DNA from: Amoeboaphelidium protococcarum X5
Lineage: Eukaryota > Fungi > Aphelidiomycota
Direction: 5' to 3'
Length of the DNA: 63,807 nucleotides
Assembly (NCBI GenBank): GCA_023515725.1
Contig: JALDTO010000024.1
Location: forward strand, 1 to 63,807
Below are positions 54,594 to 63,807 of this stretch, piece by piece. The position numbers and the translations under genes were made by a program. The first letter of the stretch is position 1. The number at the start of each line of letters is the position of its first letter. The notes under the pieces are model-generated. The model was not told the DNA's origin, ran no database searches, and saw only the letters and a program-made list of their open reading frames with translations.

Positions 54594-56063
54594 TCACCAT
54601 CCAAACTTGCTTTCCTGCTTAACAGCTTCTTCCTCTTAGGCAGGCGCACGTCCAGGACTTGCACTTCTACCACGTTCCGCACCACCGTTGACGCTACCTC
54701 TGCGACTGTCATCGCCATTGTCACCCATTCTCTCATCGCCATTAGCATCACGGCCAGAGTTGCCATAATTACTTGCATTGCTGTCAATGACCAGCTCAAT
54801 CTTGCGGCCTTCAAACTCGGTACCATTCAGCTTCTCAAAGGCGGCATCCAAATCACTCTAAGATTCCATATGAGCAGTTCCCTCACCATTCTCGCGGTCA
54901 TACATCACAGTATAAGTCGGATGGAAGCCAGCCTTACGGAAGAAATCCTTCAACTAGAACCAGTCGGAATTTGGCGCAAAGTTTTTGACAATGAATCGAT
55001 AGCTGGTGGAGCGAGCCTTTCCATAACGTGATGCGCCAGCACGGTCACCACCACCACCACCTCCTCTTCTATCATCGCCACCCCCGTAACCTCTTCTTTC
55101 ATATGGCGGAGGTGCACCATAGCCACCTCTATCATCACGGCCGCGACCACCACCATATCTGTCATCAAATGGTGGAGGTGCGCCATAACCGCCTCTGTCT
55201 CCACCACCACGACGATCATCACCGTATCCACCACCTGGCGGTCCATATCTATCCCTGCTGCCACCACCAGATACTGGACCACCTCTTCCAGGGCCAAACG
55301 CGTAATCATCTCTAGGAGGTGGCGGACCACGGAAATCTCCACGCGGAGGACCATAACGGTCAGGTCCAGAGTCGCGGTCAAAGCGACCACCAGGCGGCGG
55401 ACCTCCATAACGATCTGGACCAGCATCATAACCATATCTGTCTCCTCCTCTTGGCGGAGGTGGACCATAGCGATCAAAACCACCACCACCGCCGGATGGA
55501 GGAGGACCATCTCTGTCACCTCCATCGCGACGCTGTGACTTGGACCATTCCAGATTAATGCGCTGGTTCAGAAATTCTGCACCATCAAACTTGGACTTGG
55601 CATCCTCAGCATCTCTTTCATCCGCAAATTCCTACACAATAATAATTATAAACACTAGGAATCAAATGATCTGTGATGACCACAGCCACAGGAGAACAAG
55701 AGCCAAATTGTAGATGTTCGACTTTCAATTCTCAAATGCCTACTTTATGTACAAAGGCATTTAAGACTCAATAAATCGATTAATCTTGGAATGTATAACG
55801 CGCCAATAAGGCACGCGATGGGACATAAATAATTGAATAATATAGAATCAACCATCATTGAATTCCTGTGAATAAAGGCAATTGTTAGCACCTCATTCTC
55901 CATAGTGGCATAGAGTCAAATAATCAATCAATCTTACCACAAAGCCATAGCCATTACGCACTTGGACGGATCTCACCTCACCGAGGCGTCCAAAGAATTC
56001 TCTCATCTCTTCCTCGCGAGCATCTCTATTCAGATTACCCACAAATAGCTTAGTTCTAGACAT
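54594..56063 (-). CDS. SR-family splicing factor (two RRMs, SRSF4/5/6-/Srp2-like, RG/PP-rich linker); intron 55632-55937
   Basis: [13 protein letters not shown]|[14 protein letters not shown]1; pseudo-RRM2 [24 protein letters not shown]; TGA at 54594. Confidence 0.88.
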
Positions 56064-56350
56064 TTTCTATCCAGTTTTTGACTGTCTGGTGTAACGTTGA
56101 TTAACAGCAATAAGGAAGCGACAAACTGACGAGGAGGACAAAGCGATTAAACGCCGACGCGAAAAGGCCGCGCGAAGAAAGAACACATGAACAACCGAAG
56201 GTCTCACTGTCACAGCATTGCATTGCGCTGGCTGGACAGCCGTTTGACGCACACCACGGTACACGTATATTGAACTATTAGCATGACTATATAACAATTT
56301 TAACATAGAGCCTGACCGAAGAGGCAATATAATACAATTAATTAATTCAA

Positions 56351-57532
56351 TCAATCATCATGGCTACGCATCTCATCAATCAAGTATTGGGTGGTGGCAG
56401 ATGATCTGATTGTGAGCGAACTGATGTTAGTCACCTAAGCCGGTACGATCCTGAGACCGCGTTGAAATATCCTGTCAGCAAAGGACTGTGCCGCATAAAC
56501 TTCGTGCCTAGTCTTAATATTCAGAATTTCAACCACTGTTTGCCAATTATAAATAGAACCCGGTACTTCATGGAATTGCGATATCTGATTGAAATAAACT
56601 TTGTTCCATACTCCGTCACCTCCATTAGCAAAAGTCATCTAATATGCCCATCCAGCCATAAACGTGCAAAAGTTATGAAGTTACTGCCAGGACACCTGTC
56701 TTTTACGTTCCTCCAATGCAGAAAACTTTGTCAGGATCAAATTTTATTTAGCTGCGCTGATAAAGGATTTCTAGTTGATATGACTTCGCAGACTTTCAGG
56801 ATTTACTTGCAGATGTTTGGACAAATGCTTCCATGGTAATCGAGACTTGAATAGAGACTCATTATCAACGTCTCCGGCGGACAGCATCAATCGATCGATA
56901 ACAAGAGGGCTAAGTAGTTGTATGATTTCATTTTCATTCGCACTCAGTGATTAATAACGCTTTTACTTTGGAGCGAAACCATCATTTATAGACGCCGTGA
57001 TCTTGGTCATCATACTCCGCGATGATAACATTGCGCGATCAAACTCTGAATTAAAATTCACATAATTATAGTAGGCACAGAGCTTATCCCGCATAGGATA
57101 ACTAAGAGATTCTATACCCTGAATAGAGGATTTATCATCGCTGAAAGAAGGGTGATGCCTCAAGACGCGTCTGCATACAAGATCTAATACGTCACGATTA
57201 AAAATGACGATATCATTCTCATTCTTTATCAAACTTCTTGCTGAGGATTTCTCAACTGTTGAAATTGCATTCACCAACTATTCTTCATCACATGTGCTAA
57301 TAGATGTCCAACGACTATGTAATTTCTAAAGTTCAGCATCACGCTAAACAACGTCTTTTATATCTTCACGCGTCATCCATTGATACACTATGGGAATGTG
57401 CATCTTCCTGTCCACAATTCCACGAACTAATCGAGGATTTAATGATAGTTACTTTCCAATAACGTCCCAAGATCGACCATATTTGTTCACCAACTGAACG
57501 ACTTGTCTAATTACGGAAATTGGTTGAACCAT
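56351..57532 (-). CDS. Hypothetical 393-aa protein with N-terminal Myb/SANT-like motif
   Basis: LVNKYGRSWDVIGKQLSLNPRLVR and a second LPWKHLSKHLQVNPESLR; joins ORFs 56963..57277 and 56435..56638. Confidence 0.7.
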
Positions 57533-57997
57533 CTCTGCTAGTGAGATGAAAATAAAAATGAAAATCAATTAATCTCAAGTAAACATTCGAGGGCTTTTAA
57601 TGCATGTACATACTCTTCAAATTTGATGTTTCAACAAAGTGATAGAAATTCATTTTCACATTAAAGTAATGTCACATTTACTCAAGTCATTTCTCCTACC
57701 TACGTCTTTTAAGCCACATACGGACGACGCGTCATTCTAGCAGTCTGATTGCATTGACACAAATACGCGTTTTAAGCTCAAGTTACAAAATATTGTTCAA
57801 AGTCGAGATGATAGATGATTTTCACAGTTTATACTGTATTAGGCGAGGAAGTCGATAGGAGTTCGTGGAAACACGCGTCTGGTCACGGTTTTACTTTGAC
57901 TTTGTTTCACAACTTCCTTTTGACTGAACTTTATATACCGTTTAGTTTTCAGTCAATAATTATTGCTCAAAATACCATAATTTATTAAATATATAGT

Positions 57998-59254
57998 ATG
58001 GAATTTACGCAGCTCTTTAAGCAGTCTCGTCAATAGGTTCGATAATTGTTGAAAAATGATGGAAGCAAGTTGCTAGTATGTGCTTATAATGATACTGTGG
58101 TTGTAAGAAACTTTGAGGATTGCAGCATAGCCTCGGTATTCAAGTGTCCATCTGTGGTGACTAATGTTGATGTCTGCGGTCAAATTATATTGTGTTGGAG
58201 TACTAAAGATAATTGGGTGCAAGTATTTACTGCTACTGGTAAAAAGTGCGGTTTCATTAATAATGTTAATGTTGCCAAGTGTGAACTGCTACCCAACTCA
58301 TCGACTCTTATGGTGTATAGCGGTCTTGGTGTAAGGATACAGTTTATACATCTTATGGCCAAGGAGAACAGATCTATTAAATACATTCCTCACTATCATT
58401 CTATAAAAACGTCCAAGTTGAGTCCTAATTTCCAATACTTGGCTTTTGTTTAAATGCGAAATGCTGTGGCGTTCTTAGTGGTGCTGAATGTGGGAAATAT
58501 GAGTGTGATCAGTTCCACGGAGCTTAGCATGGACGTTGTAGATTTACAATGGTCCCGTGACTCTACTAGCATTACAGTTGTTGATATGCACTCTTTTAAA
58601 ACTGTCCGAATCGATGGAGTTATTGTTGCAACCGAAGAAATCCAATAGCTCACCTCGCTAACTGAATACACTCTTGTAAAAGGTCTCACCTGGGCGGCGA
58701 ATGATTAATTATTAGTAGCTTATTCATTGAGTACCATTTCAGTCATATCTCCCGTTACATGGTCTGTAATTTACTCTGTTAATATTGCGGATGAGCAAGA
58801 TGATAGTATTCGGAGAGATGAAGCTGTATTGTACAAAATGAAGGAGGATGGAAGTGGCTTGTACCGTGGCAAGTTGTCATCTTCTCGACCCAAATAGACT
58901 AAGTAGTATGAGCCCGCATTGTCAGGTAAATTATATCCGGCAAAGAAGTCTAATCTTGTGGCATTTCATACCGAATGTATGCCAAATATCATCCACATAC
59001 TAGACTTGGTGGAAATGCAACTGTTGGCAGTATGTGAACATTCGACTAGAATCGAGGTTAAATCCATAGTCTGGAACGACCGAGAATAGCTGTTCTGGAC
59101 ATGTGAAGGTGCTGCGTAAATCTTTGACTGGAATCGATCAGGAGCGTAAATGACAGAAATTCCAGCTGATGATTTCAAACCAACCAAGATTGAGTTGACA
59201 CGGGATGGTTTAGTTCTTATGGACAAGGACAAGTTTTCTGTATGTCAAGTATGA
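57998..59254 (+). CDS. WRAP73: WD40 protein WRAP73/WDR8 (centrosome/ciliary)
   Basis: MEFTQLFKQS N-terminus, LQWSRDSTSITVVD, VKGLTW, MPNIIHILD, C-terminal DGLVLMDKDKFSVC; 418 aa. Confidence 0.75.
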
Positions 59255-59690
59255 ATATCCATCTTGTTCAATTTTACTAAGATGATCGTACTGACTCAAT
59301 AAAAATCGGATTTGTGTTTACTCGCACTAGACACCTATAATATTTATGACGCGACTTGTCTGGGCAAGATTGCATAACGAAATTCAGAGAGTTTGTAGCC
59401 TCTACACACATGATTTACACCTTAAAATTGACAAAACTTAAAATTTATTTCTCTTTTGAACAGATTCTAGATCCAACAAATATCATTTTTGTATGGTATT
59501 CGAGACCCAACGATTGATAAACCGAAACCTTTGATTCAGGAGTTCAATTCCCCTTGGTAATAACATCGATCACACCCGAGTCTGTACATTATTTACCATC
59601 ACCACTCTACCGCGATTGTAACAATGAATCTGTCAAAATATGTCAATGAAGTGAAACAAAGAAATATCAAATGTATATGCCGTGTGGCTG

Positions 59691-61037
59691 ATGTCTATCA
59701 TTCAAGGATCAAAAGTCAATGTGAGTGGCGTCTTGATCCTTGTGAAAAAAAAACTTTTCTAGATTCGGTTCAGGGGCATACGTGCTGGACATCACCTCCA
59801 ACAGAATCTGCTATATTTGATTGTTGCAATCTATTTGATATTGGGTGTCTATGCGCGCATTGGGCCGTATTCTCCCTAAGAAGTATTAAATCTGTCACCT
59901 GAAGAGGTGAAAGCATGGCTTTAATAGCCTGAATGTATTTTGCTAGGATTGGATGACGCGTAAACCTTTGAGCAATACCAGACGCGTCTTGCCTATCTTA
60001 AGAGTTAATGGGATTATAATAATTTTTAGGAAGGGACAGAATTGCATGAAATTGCAGTCAAGATTATTGTTAAGCTTAAACTATTTCCTAAAGAGAGCTC
60101 GGAGTTTGGAAATGACTACTAACTTATTGCCTTTGTGATTGAGCGCTAATGCTCTCCCTCTCTGATTGATGATATTCTTTAACTTCCGGAAGTGTTGCTG
60201 GATAATTCTAATATTGAAAGCTTGATTTAAGTAGTATTTCAGTAAGATAATAGCTAAATACTGAATGTGATATCAAATGCCTGTCCGTAGGTTGACTTGA
60301 CTGATAAATCACTTCTTTCACGCGGGGCTTATGAAAATTGCGCCCATAACTGCGTTTCATCAGTGTGGCCTTAATTGAAGTACGTCACGTCTGATGATCC
60401 TAAACGTATTTTGATGTCAGTCAGCCATTAACTGGTCGAATCTTCTGCCGAGAAAAGGAAAAAGTGTCTTGCTTTAATGCGGTTTGCTGCTTAAAAGGTC
60501 TCAATTCGTGAGGGACAGATGTTGACTGACATGGTGTACTATCGTGACTTTACGAGTTCTAAGTACATTGTGCGGTTTGCCAAGATTGCAAACTATAAAA
60601 ATGTCGTTGATGATATCTTGGCGCGCAGTGAATATGGTTATTCAATAGAGTATCCCACTGCGTAAAAGATTGAATTGCTGAAATAGATTATCATAAGAAC
60701 TAAGGACGATAAGTTACATACTTTTATCCTTCTTAAGGTGTATAAAATGGAGAGTGGAAGATAAATGGCCACAGCTCTACTTGGGAGTCCCAGCTTTATG
60801 CGCAAGAATCAGCGTTTATCCAAGGCGTTATTTGTAGTTTTAAATTTAAGACTTACCACTAAAGAATAAAACTAGAAATAGGTTTAAGTTTTTGCGAATG
60901 CGGTCACAAAACCTAGTAGATTTCAATTGTTCTGGGCTAAAAGTTATCTGGCTTGGAAAAGCTTCACGATGGGTGTGAAAGCTACGAAAGTCATTCATAC
61001 CCATATTTATTCTGAATTTTAGGGGTGGTATATGTGA
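59691..61037 (+). CDS. Hypothetical ~448-aa helical protein with N-terminal hydrophobic segment (candidate secreted protein); start uncertain
   Basis: Open frame with TAR=Gln to TGA at 61035; LLYLIVAIYLILGVYA segment; possible in-frame intron 59721-59762. Confidence 0.65.
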
Positions 61038-61397
61038 TTTGGAATTAAATGAAGTTAACGTGACATTTTATAATAATAATGATATTTGATTCGCAATTGT
61101 CCTTATGATCTTGTATCGTAACGCGTCAGTATCTGTAGAGTAGATCGTGGTCTTAATAATGAAATTCAATAGAGGTAGGCCACTCACAGCCGCTTCTCAA
61201 TTTAATGGTGGAAAATATCCTAAATTTTCGCTTTTATCAATCATTTCAATAGAATCTAATAAAGTTTAATGTTGCTTCACAATACACAAATCGTTCTATG
61301 TTAGTTTTTTTATTCTGTAGCCTAACTAGTGCCTTCTTTCTGTTGCAATTTCCCCTCACCTTTGCATAAAATTTTGATCACAGTAATTGCATCGAAA

Positions 61398-61745
61398 ATG
61401 AGCGGATATCCTTCATAGAATTACCCTCCGCCTTAGTATGATTCTAAATAGCCACCACCTCAGCAAGCTTATTATCCACCTCCGTAGCAAGGCGGTTACA
61501 ATTAAGGACCACCGGGCGGGTATCCTCCTCCACAAGGCTAGTAATATCCTCCATAATAGTATCCACCGTAATAATAAGGATATCCGCCGTAGTAATAAGG
61601 ATATTATCCTCAGTAATAGCCGGTCTATGTCTAACAGTAGGGACCGCCACCGCCTCAGTAAAGCAATAACGATGGATGTCTGAAGGGATGTTTAGCTGCG
61701 ATGGCATGCTGCTGTTGTCTCGATTTGTTTTTCGATTGTATGTGA
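61398..61745 (+). CDS. CYSTM-domain (Pro/Gln/Tyr-rich, Cys-rich tail-anchored) protein
   Basis: YPPQQ repeats with most Gln encoded by TAA/TAG, ending GCLKGCLAAMACCCCLDLFFDCM-TGA. Confidence 0.9.
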
Positions 61746-61875
61746 TGTGTGCTTGACAAACGTTGCATTGTCTGTCACCTTTAATTGGATTACTCATAAT
61801 TCAAATATATATGCTTATTCTTGTATTGTTGATTTATCATTATATCATTTATAATAGTTGACTTGAGCAAATCTC

Positions 61876-63807
61876 TCAACATATGCTTAGACTCTGCAGG
61901 TAGACGCGTTGATGTTAATCAATATCGGTAAGAAGCTACTTTCTAATATCTGCTGGACACTTGTTCCATAATTGAATGCAGCTGTCAACAGCAGATTTCC
62001 TCACCACTTCTGCTGTTAGGGATGTGCCGCCAATGCTAAATACAAAGCTCTTACACACAATGAACGACTCGCACGATAACATTGCCAGACACTTGCCTAG
62101 CATCTGGAGAAGAAGATCATCGTCGCATTGTCCACCCTTGATCAGATCAACAATATAATCCAATGTATGGATAATTTCGTCGTCGTCTTCCACAAGTGGT
62201 AGATAATTGATGAACTCTTTTAACGCATCCTTATACTGGTCACGAGTAATCAGCTACTAGCCGCCAGACTACCGGCTCAACGGTTCTATTACAAAGCGCA
62301 ACACTTTACCAATGGCTGAGGTGATATTTTCCCGCGCCAATTCTTGATCTTCATCGTCAGTTGCACATTGCGACTAAGCTTTAAATAAAGCGCCAAACAT
62401 TGATAGCACCGGCTATAACCAAAGCTCCTTATCAGCAGAGCCCATCAGTTCGCCACACTTGATACCAAGTACTCCGCAACCATACGCAGCAGACTATTTC
62501 ACATCTGGGGCAGAATCTTGTAAAGCCTCCACCATTTTATCGAAAAACTAGTCCTTGTATTTATACGCCTCTCTGGCACCACAGAACTCAACATAGTCAA
62601 CATATGCGCAGATAGCCCATTACCTTGCCATCTCACTAATCCTGCCTCCTGGTCCTGTGGTTTACTGAGTGTCGATCATTTGCTTCAATGTTGGAACTAG
62701 AGTAGAGAAATTGGAGTTCAGTCTGTGTGTCTTCAAGACTACATGAATGCATCTGCTGAAGTCACTTAAAGCCGAATCCTCATTATCTTGCTCCTCCTAA
62801 AGAGCCTCCTCTAGGTCATTATCGTATAAATCTTCATCGTTCTTCTGACCAGCTTTCTAATGCAATCGCGAGAAAATCTCTTGTAACTGCTCCTATACGC
62901 ATTGATTAAACATATCCAACAGTTGAATAGGCGCAGAATCAGAAGATTTACTTTGAACTTTGTACGGCAAGTTGAGTAGACAATTATCACCCATGATATC
63001 GACACTCTCGTAGAACGAGGTAAGAAATGCCTACAGGCTCTCTGCGTCAACTTCATCTTGAATGACGTTGAGCAGAGAACTCACCGCCTTGATCCACAAC
63101 TCTCTCAACACATCCTGGGATAGTGAGGTACCTGGTAATGAAGAAGCTTCCTTCAAGCCTCTAAACAGATACGGAATAACCATAGCTGCGGCCACACGAG
63201 TTCCTTCGTCAAAGTAAAACTTCAGCAGTGGAAGACAGATGTCCAACACACGCTCAGCATACGGCTAGAAATGCGCGCCCATCTCTCTGGCATAACACAC
63301 AAGCATCTCCACCGCGGTCCGCTTCTCATCAAGAGCCGTCGTCTTTATACCGAACTGCTACCCCTCAATCTTCAAGAACTCCCATCCATCCTCTTCAGAC
63401 ATTCCCTTATCCTCGGGTTCGTCATCTTTATCGAGTACAGCGAAATCTGGTTTATGCGAGGCAGCCTCTAACAAAGGAGGTAGTACAGTTGGTAGATACG
63501 GCACAAAATCCTGACTCAGAACTTTGGCAATTCTAGCCCACGCAGACAATAGATAAGATGATTGTGGATCATCAGCTTCCGTTATACTTTCCTGTACTTA
63601 CATCATGGCCTGCATTAGCGTCGCTGCATCCGGAGCAAAACATTGACGACCAACGGCAAGTGCAATCAGTGACGCGCATTCAATCGTCTTACCTCTCAGA
63701 AGGCGAAACTCACTGCTCTACTACTGCTGCAGGATATTGATCAATGCCGGCATTACCATTGGATAGTATTTGACAAATTCCTCGGCAGCTGAATCGGCAA
63801 TAACAGC
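61876..63807 (-). CDS. IPO5: Importin-5/Pse1 (Kap121) karyopherin beta-3, 5'-truncated by window edge
   Basis: [88 protein letters not shown]. Confidence 0.95.

Noticed and set aside
54950-55558. His-rich and Val-rich ORFs in the track
   Set aside because: Alternative-frame or antisense shadows of the Gly/Arg/Asp-rich SR-protein linker.
57859-57872. Possible RFX X-box upstream of WRAP73 (gagttcgtggaaac)
   Set aside because: Only one half-site matches; too weak to call.

Overview
Eukaryotic, very gene-dense, intron-poor nuclear DNA that does NOT use the standard code. TAA and TAG occur in frame at invariant Gln positions of conserved proteins, and every gene ends in TGA (ciliate-type code, translation table 6). 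The supplied ORF track is fragmented for this reason. Re-translated by hand, the window holds about 36 protein-coding genes of fungal/holomycotan character: LCB2, TMEM209, inversin-like ankyrin-IQ, COX6A, MMM1, homoisocitrate dehydrogenase, DCAF11, RFX, acetyl-CoA synthetase, RRG7, LTV1, front-end desaturase, SCJ1, KRE33/NAT10, ARMC8, NOC4, mL50, NPL4, IES6, SR protein, WRAP73, CYSTM, importin-5 and others. It also holds a decayed LINE flanked by palindromic ~31-bp repeats, a Ty3/gypsy Gag remnant and a retropepsin-fold gene with a degenerate catalytic motif. TAR=Gln plus fungal-type genes (AAA lysine pathway, ERMES) points to the aphelid Amoeboaphelidium protococcarum or a relative (inference). 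The most interesting local signals are a poison-exon/hairpin cassette in the SR-protein intron, a LIM-LIM-RGS-PX protein, tail-to-tail overlapping CDSs forced by the single stop codon, and the palindrome-bounded 2-kb island. All coordinates come from manual translation, and no database searches were run.
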